This document shows, one piece after another, positions 1 to 10,353 of a stretch of 64,000 bases of DNA; the stretch's first letter is position 1; the number at the start of each line of letters is the position of its first letter. Under the pieces are notes generated by a model, which did not search any database, was not told where the DNA came from, and saw nothing but the letters and a program-made list of their open reading frames with translations. The position numbers were made by a program, and so were the translations under genes. The stretch is from assembly GCA_964461135.1 (NCBI GenBank), contig CAYWTB010000016.1:84-64083 (forward strand), read 5' to 3'. Source of the DNA: an uncultured Caldithrix sp. (GTDB taxonomy: Bacteria; Calditrichota; Calditrichia; RBG-13-44-9).

Positions 1-2427
1 TTTACGGATCAGCATCTCTGCTCCGGCCTGCAAGCGGTAAAAATAGATTCCACTGGCCAGATTATTGGCTATAAAATTTATTTTATAGATGCCGGCATTT
101 TGTCTTTTATTCACCAGAGTGGCTACTTTCTGCCCCAGTAAATCATACACTTCCAGTTTGACAAATTCAGTTTCCGGAATATCATACTGGATGGTGGTAT
201 TGGGATTAAAGGGATTAGGATAGTTCTGCAACAGATTATATCGTAAGGGAATTTCCCGTCGATTTTCCGGTATTGCGGTGGTACTGGTGGGATATTTAAC
301 CCGCAGATTATCAAAATATAAGACGCCATTATTGGTATCTCCCACTGCTCCCACATACCACAGTTTGATTTGAATGGATTTGAGTTTTATGGGAAAATTG
401 AAGGAGGAAGAGGGATCTATAGCATTAAAACTGCTGAGGGGAATTTTATACGTTTCGTAACCGGTAGAGTTTGTAGCAAATAATCCGGTCGAGGCGGTAA
501 ACAATTCATCATTATCGTCACTGATGATTACATCTGCAATATGATTCAGATTATTGGATTTGATATCAATCATGATGGTATCGGGAAGACCGTATACTGC
601 CTGATCGGTATTCAGATAAACCCAGCTTCGTCCCAGGCTGCTACGAACAAACTGGTAATTAAGTTTCAGAGCTCTGGTACCGATCGTACGAGGCGTGTCC
701 ACTGCAGTTAGTGCAGTACCCTGGGGATCATAATTTACACCCGATATACTCCAGTTATTTACATTGTCCATTGAATCTAAAACAACAACATCTTTTCCGA
801 TTTCCACATGAACAACACTGGTATCCGACTGATCCTTAAACTTAACAACGATTTGTGCCTGTCCTTCAGCGAATCCTTTGAATTTACCCGTAGTGTCAAT
901 GGAACCCACCGCAGGATTTAAACAGAACCATTCATAATCATTTAAAGCAATAAACGGATGCAAATTATCCACATCAGTGGGGATTACAGTGAACTGAACT
1001 GTCTGAATAGTATCTGTTAAAACCGATTTGGGCAGGATTTCAATTTCCTTGATGCCTTTAATAAAAATCCAGGCGGAATCCATCAGTCCCTGGTAGTTAA
1101 CATAGACATAACCACTGTCCGGCTCGTTAGCAACTGTAAGGACTCCACTGGAATCGACCTGGCCCAGCTGAGGATCCATGATATACTGGATATCAGGCTG
1201 AATTACAGCCACCGGATGATAGTATTCGTCCCAGCCACTGACTCTCAACTGAATGCTGTTTTTCAGAAAGACGCGCTGGTTATCCGGTTCCACCTGAATT
1301 GAGGTGATGCCACTTCCGGCCGGTGCCACGGAGACCGTGATCAGCGAATTGGCGACCGCACGCTCCGGTCCATCGGAGGGATGATTTTTGATCTGACCAT
1401 ATACGACCATGGTGGATGATCCGCCCCCGTCCAGGTTCACCGCCTGATCCGCCCCCAGATAGATCATCAGATCCGCCAGTTCGCGGTAGGACATGCCGGT
1501 GTAGCTTCCGGGAACCCGGCCGTCGACGGTAGCCAGGTAGAGTATGTGGTGATCAGCTGAAAAACCTGCCGCTGTTCGGGGATGAACATCCGTATTGGTA
1601 CTGCCGGTATAAGCGCCATTATCCACAATTTTAAGATTACCTCCAACCAGCTGTGTCAATTTCACCGGACCCGGCTGCAGCTTCAGCAACAGTTTTACAG
1701 TGTCCCCCACCTGAACATTGTTCTGCAGGAAAGTTCCGGCGGTTCCATGTCCGGATAATACCGCAATTCCCGGACTTAGACTCATGTCACCGCTGTTGCT
1801 CTTTTCTTCCACGCGGCAGCGAAGGGTATCATTTACATACCAATCACTGACGACTGTAACTTTAATTTCCGTTCCATAGATATTTGTACCGGTCGATCCT
1901 CCGTAAAATGAATTATACAAGATCAGTTGGTCAGTGCCGCGATCCCGGTTAATGCCATTAACCGGCTGATTTTGATTACCCGTAATCAGGCTGCCACTGA
2001 AACTCACCGGATCAATGGTGGGATAATTTTCAAAATCGAAGGAAAGAACCGGCCAGTCTATGGGATTCTGCAGGATCTGGCCATTTACCACCTGAGTATT
2101 TAAAGGAATACCACCGGAGGCGTAAAAATCTCCATTTACAGCACCTACCACCTCATGATCCTGATAATTTTTACGGCCGGCCATAGAACTGGTAGTTTCA
2201 TAACCGCTCAACCGCTCGTTGGCCTTAACCGTCTCCATAATGACATAGGGATTGGTCAGGTCAATCTCCAGAACATTGATATTCCACAAGCGGGAAGGGA
2301 CGGTAATATGTTTATACACCATTCCCGGTCCAACCCGTGTGGTGGTATGCGTCTCGAACAGGCTTTGAGCCTGGACTGACATCCAGGTGAGACACAGTAA
2401 AACGATAAAGTTGTTTAGTCGTTTCAT
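1..2427 (-). CDS. Phosphodiester glycosidase (NAGPA/DUF2233 family) with Ig-like domains, CBM-like domain and T9SS type-A CTD; 3' end runs off the window
   Basis: Not in the ORF track because the stop lies outside the window. Manual translation from ATG 2427 gives signal peptide MKRLNNFIVLLCLTWMSVQA, NAGPA motifs AVNGDFY, HPRTAAG, TVDGR and NLDGGGSSTM, then QNYPNPFNP...LASGIYFYRL...LIRK at base 1. Confidence 0.9.
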   Translation of the reverse strand, partial: MKRLNNFIVLLCLTWMSVQAQSLFETHTTTRVGPGMVYKHITVPSRLWNINVLEIDLTNPYVIMETVKANERLSGYETTSSMAGRKNYQDHEVVGAVNGDFYASGGIPLNTQVVNGQILQNPIDWPVLSFDFENYPTIDPVSFSGSLITGNQNQPVNGINRDRGTDQLILYNSFYGGSTGTNIYGTEIKVTVVSDWYVNDTLRCRVEEKSNSGDMSLSPGIAVLSGHGTAGTFLQNNVQVGDTVKLLLKLQPGPVKLTQLVGGNLKIVDNGAYTGSTNTDVHPRTAAGFSADHHILYLATVDGRVPGSYTGMSYRELADLMIYLGADQAVNLDGGGSSTMVVYGQIKNHPSDGPERAVANSLITVSVAPAGSGITSIQVEPDNQRVFLKNSIQLRVSGWDEYYHPVAVIQPDIQYIMDPQLGQVDSSGVLTVANEPDSGYVYVNYQGLMDSAWIFIKGIKEIEILPKSVLTDTIQTVQFTVIPTDVDNLHPFIALNDYEWFCLNPAVGSIDTTGKFKGFAEGQAQIVVKFKDQSDTSVVHVEIGKDVVVLDSMDNVNNWSISGVNYDPQGTALTAVDTPRTIGTRALKLNYQFVRSSLGRSWVYLNTDQAVYGLPDTIMIDIKSNNLNHIADVIISDDNDELFTASTGLFATNSTGYETYKIPLSSFNAIDPSSSFNFPIKLKSIQIKLWYVGAVGDTNNGVLYFDNLRVKYPTSTTAIPENRREIPLRYNLLQNYPNPFNPNTTIQYDIPETEFVKLEVYDLLGQKVATLVNKRQNAGIYKINFIANNLASGIYFYRLQAGAEMLIRK

Positions 2428-2925
2428 GATTTTTATCCCTTCGATTTAATCTCAGGTGAATTTTTTATCATTTAGATGATTATGCCCTTAGCTCAGCAAA
2501 AAGAAATAATAGTCGAAAATTTTTATATTTTTACTCTATTTTAAAACGGTTCATTAAAGACCCACCGTGCGAGACGCAATATCTTGATTTCCTTCATGTT
2601 CGGACAACCCCAAACAGGGGAGGTTGGTAAACCTAATTATTACTATAATTATGTCGCTCCTCTGGAGAGCTAGTACTCCCTAGCCTGATAAAAATCAGAA
2701 TTTCCCACAAACCTAAGTGAAATTAAATATTTATACGTTAAGCTCAGCTTAGGATATAGTCATTATCTTCTATACTCAGTTTTTTCTTTCCCATTAATTC
2801 AGTACGTTTTTAAAAAAATACCGATTTGTCTAAATAAGAATTAACACGGATTTTGCTGCGACTGAAATTTCATCAATCCAGGGAAGGTTTCATGCAAAAA
2901 GTTCACCTAATTTATAGAATATCAT

Positions 2926-2950
2926 TTTTATCCCGTTAATCCTGTTAAAA
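2926..2950 (-). repeat. Short GGATTAAC(A/G)GGAT-type intergenic repeat copy
   Basis: Reverse complement TTTTAACAGGATTAACGGGATAAAA; related copies at 56002-56021, ~58265-58306 and 58519-58541. Confidence 0.5.
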
Positions 2951-2966
2951 TTTTTTTCTAATGATA

Positions 2967-5489
2967 TTATTTTAACAAAATCATTTTACGTGACTGGACG
3001 AATGTGCCTGCCTGGATCTGGTATACATAGACTCCGGCTGCCAGATTGCTGGCATCAAAGCGTACCCGGTAAGTGCCGGGATCCTTCTCTTCCGAAACCA
3101 GCGTTTGAACCTGCTGTCCAAGTGCATTGAAAACTACAATTTTTACATGAACCCGCTCAGGAACTGCATAAGATATATTTGTAACCGGATTAAACGGATT
3201 GGGATAATTCTGCTCGAGCATGAACTGTGCCGGAATATTCCCATCAGAACCGGACCGGGCTATTCCGGTCATGGGGATTGCTTTAACTAATTGTAAATCA
3301 TCAATATAAACCTTTCCGCTGGTAGCGGCACCTGACTGATAGGTCAGCTGGAAGCTGTCCATACGATATTGCGGCATATCCAGAATACCATTTCCCAGAC
3401 CAGCCCAACTGCCCACCATGGCGGGGTCACCAAGGTCCCACTGCACCAGGCGCCAGCCCAGCCAGTCAATTTTGACCCACTGGGACACTTCATGATTCGG
3501 CCAGGATGTCCCGTCCCCCTCATCCAGTGCAAACCGGAAGAAATTATTTCCACCATCCCCGAATATGTAGCATTGTAACGTATAGGTGGTATCAAAGGTA
3601 ACATTACGCGGGGCAGATACATCCAGGTATTCCCGCATCAACCAGGTGGAAGCATTCAAATCCCAATCATAATATAATTCCATGGAGCGGGTGCTTCCGG
3701 TGAGTTCATTGAGGTATTGCTGATTTTCAGCCATATACACGCCCGGGGATGGATCGGTTCCGGTGGTACTGCCGCTCCAGAGCGGCTGCCGCCAGTAAGA
3801 AGAAAAGCCCGGTTCCAGGGCATCAATCTGCTGAAACTGAAAATCCGTAGGAGCACTGGTAAAACTGATTAAGCGGGTATTGGTGGTAGTATTTCCCAGC
3901 AGGTCCTTTAAACCGGGATAAAGCCGTACTACATGCAGAGCATTTGGGATTAAATCTACTGACGGAAAATAATTAAGAACACTTCGATCATTGACCACGT
4001 AGTGTTTAAGCACTCCCTGCACCGGCTGATGGTTCTGGTATTCCTCCAGCAGGAAAATATCATTGGTAATCGAACTGTCATCCAGCTGCTCATTAAATTC
4101 AAAATTGATAATCGGTCTTCGTTCAACATTCTTCTGATACATTCTGGGATAAAAAGCCAGAACTTCCGGTGGAAATACATCTATGCCGGTAGTAAAAGTA
4201 ATTTCCAGACTGTCTCCACCGATACCATCTCCGTTTCCGTCAAAGAGATGAGAGTATTTATCATTAACGGTTCCCGGAATGGATAAGGTATAGGTTGTCA
4301 GGAACTTCAAGGAATCACTGCGAATTACCAGGCGCGTATCATTATCCCACCAGGAATAAACAGGATTTATATCCGGTGTAACTACCAGTAATGATTCTAC
4401 CGATGCCCGGCTCATGGGCCGGCTGAATTGAAGGACAATATCCGCCAAAGTGGACACGGCAGTATCACCATCCGCCGGCGTACTGGACAATAACCTGGGC
4501 GGTATACGGGAAATCAGGGGGAAGTCTTTATAAGAAAAAAAGTCATCTGAAATGGCCACCCTGGCCGTATCTGAATAGTAATCATCCATCTGGACCGTTA
4601 CCACAACCGAGTCCGAATCCATATGTTCGAAATAATAGAAGCCATTATGGAGAAGATCCGGATCATTGGTGTATTGATTAAAAAGGGATTGATAGGTATC
4701 GGTAACATACTGCTGCCCGGCTGCATTGATTACTGCCCCGTTTAAAGGTTCTCCCGACTCCATGTTAGTCACAATTCCGGTAAGAATGTCAGCAGGCGGT
4801 CGCGGGATATTATGATAATCCAGAATCGACCAGTAAAAGGTACGCGCCTCCAGCCGAAGCCAGTCCATGTTCATGAACAGCTGATTCTGGATGGGATTGG
4901 TATGAAATCCCGCTTCACTTAGTTCGGAGGGCATAATGCTTTCGCGGTTCACATGCAACCAGGGACCGGTAAAGACGCCGCATCCGTAAAAAGTGCAATC
5001 ACCGATTGAGCCACTTATGGTGTAGGTACGCATGCCATCCGTCAGATACTGAATCATGATGTCTGACATGGCCCGGCCTCCGTTGGGTATTTTTTCCTGC
5101 CCGTTATTATACTGTCCCCACAGTAGAAGGGTACTGTTAGCATTGGGGCTGCTAGAGGCGTCACTGTGGATGGAATGATACCAGGCCGCATTGAGTGAAT
5201 TAGCCAGGGTAGTGCGTTGAGACAGCGACACCTGCTGAAAATCATCTGTGCGGGAAAGATAAACTGTATCAATATCAGTTTCCGTCAGTAATATATCTCT
5301 TAATTGCAGCGCCACGCGCACGTTACGTTTGGCCTCGGCCATGCCCCAGGGAAAAGGCGGCATATTCTCATTCTGACTGTGACCAGGATCTACGAAAATA
5401 TTCCATCCCTGTAAACCGGTTACCTGCGCAAATATCCCCAGAGGAAAAAGGAGAGTTAAAAAGATTACGATTTTATTTCTGATCATCAT
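2967..5489 (-). CDS. N-acetylmuramoyl-L-alanine amidase (Amidase_3) with two Ig-like (Big_5-like) domains, CBM-like domain and T9SS type-A CTD
   Basis: Signal peptide; Zn-amidase motifs VDPGH, E, SLSQR..LAN, SIHSDA, LSEAGFHTN; CTD QNYPNPFNP...RKMILLK. Confidence 0.9.
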   Translation of the reverse strand: MMIRNKIVIFLTLLFPLGIFAQVTGLQGWNIFVDPGHSQNENMPPFPWGMAEAKRNVRVALQLRDILLTETDIDTVYLSRTDDFQQVSLSQRTTLANSLNAAWYHSIHSDASSSPNANSTLLLWGQYNNGQEKIPNGGRAMSDIMIQYLTDGMRTYTISGSIGDCTFYGCGVFTGPWLHVNRESIMPSELSEAGFHTNPIQNQLFMNMDWLRLEARTFYWSILDYHNIPRPPADILTGIVTNMESGEPLNGAVINAAGQQYVTDTYQSLFNQYTNDPDLLHNGFYYFEHMDSDSVVVTVQMDDYYSDTARVAISDDFFSYKDFPLISRIPPRLLSSTPADGDTAVSTLADIVLQFSRPMSRASVESLLVVTPDINPVYSWWDNDTRLVIRSDSLKFLTTYTLSIPGTVNDKYSHLFDGNGDGIGGDSLEITFTTGIDVFPPEVLAFYPRMYQKNVERRPIINFEFNEQLDDSSITNDIFLLEEYQNHQPVQGVLKHYVVNDRSVLNYFPSVDLIPNALHVVRLYPGLKDLLGNTTTNTRLISFTSAPTDFQFQQIDALEPGFSSYWRQPLWSGSTTGTDPSPGVYMAENQQYLNELTGSTRSMELYYDWDLNASTWLMREYLDVSAPRNVTFDTTYTLQCYIFGDGGNNFFRFALDEGDGTSWPNHEVSQWVKIDWLGWRLVQWDLGDPAMVGSWAGLGNGILDMPQYRMDSFQLTYQSGAATSGKVYIDDLQLVKAIPMTGIARSGSDGNIPAQFMLEQNYPNPFNPVTNISYAVPERVHVKIVVFNALGQQVQTLVSEEKDPGTYRVRFDASNLAAGVYVYQIQAGTFVQSRKMILLK

Positions 5490-5519
5490 TTCAGTTTCCT
5501 AATTTCTTAAATCTATCAT

Positions 5520-6458
5520 TTATTTCTCTACTTCAATATATTCAATGGTACCCTGGTCGTATGTACTGTAGGCAATCCGGTTTCCGGAAGGAGACCAGGA
5601 AGGATACATGGCAATATTGTCAATATCCCGGGTAATGTTCTGGGTTATAGTGCCCGTCAGGTTCGAAATGTAAATATCGGAGGAGGTATATATATAGCCA
5701 TTATCCTGAGCCATCATATAAGCCAGGTACTGGCCGTCCGGTGACCAGCGGGGATAGTTCCCTCTTCCCAGATCCACCAGGGCTCCGGATTGCGTATCCA
5801 TTATGTAGCAATTTCCACCATAAACCTCAAAGGCAATATACCGGTTATCCGGGGAGATGGTGAGATTTAAATACTGCTTCCCCGCAAAGGGTCTCATTTC
5901 GGATTGCTCATCAGATATATTGTCCTTTATGAAAATTTTATCATTTTGTGAATAGAAGATTTTTCCGGCTTCACGACTCTCCTGAGGTTCCCCCACATCA
6001 ATAAACATTTCCTGTTTCCCATTGAAGAAATAAACCTGATAATTCCCAGGGGTCCATCTGGGAATATCAGGAAGAAAGGTACGGTATTCCGTCAGGTATA
6101 TTTCTGTAGTACGGGCGACGTTAAAAATCTTGATTGCACTTTGTCTGAGATTATCCTGGTATCTTGACACCCGTGCCAGAATAGTCTGACCATCATCCGA
6201 CCAGGAAAATCCAAATCCGGCGGACAACTCATCGGTAATTTGTGTTAACTGTTGGGTACCAAAATCGAAAAGCCAGATCCCCTTATAATTCCCGGAGGTA
6301 AAGGCAATTTTATTACCAACGGGTGCCCAGTTGGGGTTCATATAGGCCGTCTCATTGCCGGACGGAACCATCAGTACCTTAACCGATTTCACCTGAAATA
6401 TATCCTGGGAGTAAAGTTGTACGGCAATTCCCAGAACCAAAATTAAAATTCTTTTCAT
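5520..6458 (-). CDS. TolB-like PD40 beta-propeller protein, Sec signal, no CTD (periplasmic)
   Basis: Repeated PxWSPDG-like blades: PNWAPVG, FSWSDDG, PRWTPG, ISPDN, PRWSPDG, PSWSPSG. Confidence 0.8.
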   Translation of the reverse strand: MKRILILVLGIAVQLYSQDIFQVKSVKVLMVPSGNETAYMNPNWAPVGNKIAFTSGNYKGIWLFDFGTQQLTQITDELSAGFGFSWSDDGQTILARVSRYQDNLRQSAIKIFNVARTTEIYLTEYRTFLPDIPRWTPGNYQVYFFNGKQEMFIDVGEPQESREAGKIFYSQNDKIFIKDNISDEQSEMRPFAGKQYLNLTISPDNRYIAFEVYGGNCYIMDTQSGALVDLGRGNYPRWSPDGQYLAYMMAQDNGYIYTSSDIYISNLTGTITQNITRDIDNIAMYPSWSPSGNRIAYSTYDQGTIEYIEVEK

Positions 6459-6489
6459 TAAAGATCTCCAAAATACAATTAAATATTGA

Positions 6490-9400
6490 TTATTTGAGTA
6501 AAATCATCCGTTTATGTAAGACAACATCGCCGGCCCTCAATTCATAAATATAAACACCCGATGCGAGATTGGTCGCATTAAACTGAATTTTATAACTACC
6601 CGGCTGCATGACCTTGTTAACCAAAGAAACCACTTCCTGACCCAGAACATTGTAAATTTTAAGCTGGACCGGTCCGGATCTGCTGATATCGAAGGGTATG
6701 GTGGTTACCGGGTTGAATGGATTGGGATAATTCTGTTGCAGGGCAAATTGCTGAGGTAAACCGGCATTATGATTATCGGTGATTACCGTAATCTCATATT
6801 TTTTCTTGACCACGCGCAAGTCCTTGAAATAAAGGGTACCCGACATGGCGCCGGTACTGTCGTGCGTCAGCTGAAAACTGTCTATGCGGTAAGTACTCAT
6901 GTCCAAGGTACCGTTTCCGATCCAGTTGCCCACCATATCCGGATCGCTTAAATCCCATTGGATAAGTTTCCAGCCCATCCAGTCGATGGTAAACCATACC
7001 GATACTTCATGATTGGGCCAGAGGGTTCCGTTTCCTTCATCCAGGGCAAAACGAAATTTATTCAGACTTCCATCACCAAAGACATAACATTGGAGGATAT
7101 AATCGGTATTGAAAAATACATTTCTCGGTAGTGATTCATCCAGAAATTCCCTTAATAAATAATTGGGATTTCCTATTGCCAGCAAATCAGGATCCCAGAC
7201 ATAAGAAAGGCGTGCGGACTTTTTTTCAACCGGTGTATAAGCAGCGGGCAGATAAACATCGCTGACAATACCGAAGGTGCTTAATGTCGTATTCACCCCA
7301 TTGGTCGAGCCGCTGTACCCGGGATCCTGCCAGTTACCGGATCCGGAAAAATTATCAATCAGAGTTTTAAGCTCATAGGCATAGGGTTCGGTTTCAAAAT
7401 CCACTACAATCGCAGAATCCAGTGGATTACCGGATGTATCAGTAATATCGGTAAATACCGAAACCCGAAAGGGGTGTCCGGAATAGAGAGGATCTTCAGT
7501 CTGGACGCCGAGAACCGCTCGGTCATTCATGTTATAAATCATGGCCTTATGAGCCACGGGCTGTCCGGCTGTGGTCACAGCGGTGGAAGCAACTTGCAGC
7601 GAGGCGGGATCCAGCATTTCATCAAACCCGAAAGAGATAACATTATCCACATCAAAATCATCTACATAAGCCTTGACGGAAGGATTGCTGTAAACCAGAC
7701 GGGGAGGAAAAATATCCAAAGCACTGGTAAAAAACTGCAAGACATAATCTTCACTTCCCCCACCATTGGATTCTCCATCCAGCTGTTTACCATTGATGTC
7801 GGTAACTTCCTTATGGATGGTCAGAGCATATAAGGTATCATGAAATAGATCCTCATGAGGTATAATTACAAGTTGTTTCTGATCACTGTTCCAGTACCGG
7901 CTGAATGCAGGTACGGCAGGCTCGAAGGTCAAATTTCCCTGGAATGTGGCGGTATCCATAGTTTTGGAAAAATCTATAACTATAGGAATAAATACCGGTA
8001 TGGTATCTCCCGGCAGGGGATCCGTCCAGAGAACTACCGGAGCAAAGGAAGGGATGGAATCGCTCAGGTAAGTATTGGAGATAACCGATTCATTCCAGTA
8101 GCGGTCGAAACGGGTTGCATAATAGGTATAGCGGCCGTTGAAGTTCTGTAAACCGCTCATGGTATCGGTATAAGTATATACATCCTGGCCGAAATGAATA
8201 TCTATAAGTTCATCAGAAGCAACATCGGGGTTATCGTCTTCTGAACGGTAAATGGCAAAACGCTGATCCTCTGCTAACGGTTCGTTGGGTGATACCTCTA
8301 TGTCATATCTCAAATCATTGATTTTAGTGACGGTTATTAGGGGTGCGGAGGGAGACTGGTTATTAAGAAATGTAGCCGCGCGGACCTTGGTGAGCCGCTG
8401 AAAAAACAAATCCTTTGCCTCTTCCCAGTAGTCGTGATTTCTCCAGCTGCCATAACTGAAAAACTGAAATCCGTCCACCCAGGGAACATCGCGGGAACGT
8501 TGGACAATCTGAGTATGATTATCCCAAACATTTAGTTCGTCCAGTCTATAGGAACCGGGACCGACGGTAAACAGGCGGCCACTGTCTACGCCGGCCTGTA
8601 TCCAGTATCCCCAGCTTTCCTGTCCGTCCGCCACCAGCATACCGTAGAACTGATCGCCGGTCGTCCAGTGATAGTGCATGGGGGTCAGTTGATCGACAAA
8701 TCCCTGGTTAAACCAGAGGGCGGCATCCTGAAATACAATGCCGTATCCTTGCCAGCTGCTCCAGCGATATTTACCCAGTGCAGCAGGAGAGAGCCTTACC
8801 CAGGGTTTAACCTGCTGGATGGAATCGTGTAATGTCTTCACAAATTCAGTGACACTCCAGCGCCACCAGTCTTCCCATGTTGCAAAACCACCCGGTGCCG
8901 TGACCGGATCATAGGGATTCTGTACATCATACAAATAGCGTTCCTGGTTTGGCACCAGAGCCAGGTTTTCCATTTTCTGCTCGGAAAAAATTCCGTCAGG
9001 GGCGAATTTATCCTCTATACTCTCCACAGTAAGGCCGGTAAAATCGGAGCGGTCATATTCATTCCAGCGGACATAGTCCAGATGCAGACCGTCAATATCG
9101 TAATTGTGTACAATTTCCATGGCAACGTTGATGGTATAATCCCGCACGTCCTGCAATCCGGGCGAAAGGGCCCGGCTGGCCGGCATGGGAACCCCGTAGC
9201 CATCCCGGCAGACCCATTCCGGATGAACCTGGGCGGGCGCTCCATTCACAATATCCGAGGCACTGAAACAGTTAAACCAGGCATGCAATTCCAGTCCTCT
9301 TTTGTGGGCTTCCTGCACCGCATAGGCCAGCGGATCATAACCGGGATAGCTGTATCCTGCATAGTAACCCCAGGGTTCATAGGAAGAGTTATAATAGGCT

Positions 9401-9618
9401 GTTCCACTCTGCCTTACCTGCCAGAGGACGGCATTCATATTGGCTTTTTTAACATTATCCAGTATCTGCCGCACCCGCGCCTTATTTTCTTCCGGAGTGC
9501 TGTATGCACTGATATGTTCCCAGGTAATAACCCAGACCGCACGGAATTCCTCATTGGCGCCGGCAAAAACCCGGCTGAGGAGAAATAACAGAAAGAGCAA
9601 AAGAATAGAGACACGCAT
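6490..9618 (-). CDS. GHL10/DUF187 family glycoside hydrolase (DigH-like) with FN3/Ig-like domains, CBM-like domain and T9SS type-A CTD
   Basis: EFRAVW, NAVLWQVR, YDPLAYAVQEAHKRGLELHAWFN, YDIDGLHLD, QDAALWFNQGFVD..PMHY. Start moved from TTG 9636 to ATG 9618 (MRVSILLL signal peptide). Confidence 0.88.
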   Translation of the reverse strand: MRVSILLLFLLFLLSRVFAGANEEFRAVWVITWEHISAYSTPEENKARVRQILDNVKKANMNAVLWQVRQSGTAYYNSSYEPWGYYAGYSYPGYDPLAYAVQEAHKRGLELHAWFNCFSASDIVNGAPAQVHPEWVCRDGYGVPMPASRALSPGLQDVRDYTINVAMEIVHNYDIDGLHLDYVRWNEYDRSDFTGLTVESIEDKFAPDGIFSEQKMENLALVPNQERYLYDVQNPYDPVTAPGGFATWEDWWRWSVTEFVKTLHDSIQQVKPWVRLSPAALGKYRWSSWQGYGIVFQDAALWFNQGFVDQLTPMHYHWTTGDQFYGMLVADGQESWGYWIQAGVDSGRLFTVGPGSYRLDELNVWDNHTQIVQRSRDVPWVDGFQFFSYGSWRNHDYWEEAKDLFFQRLTKVRAATFLNNQSPSAPLITVTKINDLRYDIEVSPNEPLAEDQRFAIYRSEDDNPDVASDELIDIHFGQDVYTYTDTMSGLQNFNGRYTYYATRFDRYWNESVISNTYLSDSIPSFAPVVLWTDPLPGDTIPVFIPIVIDFSKTMDTATFQGNLTFEPAVPAFSRYWNSDQKQLVIIPHEDLFHDTLYALTIHKEVTDINGKQLDGESNGGGSEDYVLQFFTSALDIFPPRLVYSNPSVKAYVDDFDVDNVISFGFDEMLDPASLQVASTAVTTAGQPVAHKAMIYNMNDRAVLGVQTEDPLYSGHPFRVSVFTDITDTSGNPLDSAIVVDFETEPYAYELKTLIDNFSGSGNWQDPGYSGSTNGVNTTLSTFGIVSDVYLPAAYTPVEKKSARLSYVWDPDLLAIGNPNYLLREFLDESLPRNVFFNTDYILQCYVFGDGSLNKFRFALDEGNGTLWPNHEVSVWFTIDWMGWKLIQWDLSDPDMVGNWIGNGTLDMSTYRIDSFQLTHDSTGAMSGTLYFKDLRVVKKKYEITVITDNHNAGLPQQFALQQNYPNPFNPVTTIPFDISRSGPVQLKIYNVLGQEVVSLVNKVMQPGSYKIQFNATNLASGVYIYELRAGDVVLHKRMILLK

Positions 9619-9990
9619 AGTAAAATTTCCTGACAATATTAATGTAAAGTTTTATATTAATAATGAAGGTATCATAGCCTTTACATATACTAAACATACA
9701 AAAACTACTTTAACATAATAAGGGTTGAAAGAATATCAAAATGTATTTTTTTAAATGACTATTCCTTTAGTTCCGAAACGGAGCGGTGTATCATTACGGG
9801 CAGCACGCCAGACAGACCTGTCACATCCCTGTGCCAGACAGGAAGCAATCTCCTCAGGATTCTTGCAGTATTAGCCTTCCCTGGGATCAGCCAGTGAATA
9901 CGGGGATTAACTGACCTGCAGCTATTGTTGTCTGGTAAAATTTGAATTTTCAGTGCTTTTATCACTGGTTTCTAAGAGTTTGTCTTATCT

Positions 9991-10063
9991 GACCCTCCCC
10001 TGGCCCTATGAATAGGGCCTTTCCCCTCCCTCATACATGAGGGAGGGGATTAAGGGGTGGGTT
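9991..10063. repeat. REP-like compound palindrome
   Basis: GACCCTCCCC...GGGGTGGGTT outer arms enclosing two hairpins, GGCCCTAT-GA-ATAGGGCC and CCCCTCCCTCAT-AC-ATGAGGGAGGGG. Confidence 0.6.
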
Positions 10064-10161
10064 ATTTCCATCATCTGAAAATGAAAGAGATTTAATCAGT
10101 CAAATCTATAAATCCTACAATTATTTTACAATTCGCTATATATATGCAATCTTAACTGGAC

Positions 10162-10270
10162 ACTATTGGCCCGGCGTCTGCCGGGCGGGCCGCGACATCC
10201 ATGTCTCGCCACATAGTGGTCCCTTCCGGGACAATGACAGCCCGCTCAGTTTCGGAGCTAAAGCAATAGT
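10162..10270. repeat. GC-rich multi-hairpin element (REP/MITE-like or structured RNA)
   Basis: ACTATTG...CAATAGT closing stem; inner GCCCGGC/GCCGGGC, GCGACAT-CC-ATGTC-T-CGC and GTCCC/GGGAC hairpins, all in an AT-rich intergenic context. Confidence 0.5.
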
Positions 10271-10353
10271 CACAATCATTTTGATATTAACCTTGCAGTG
10301 TTTTCAGCCATTAAATATTTGAATGGTAAATTTTATCGATTTCATGTTAAAAA

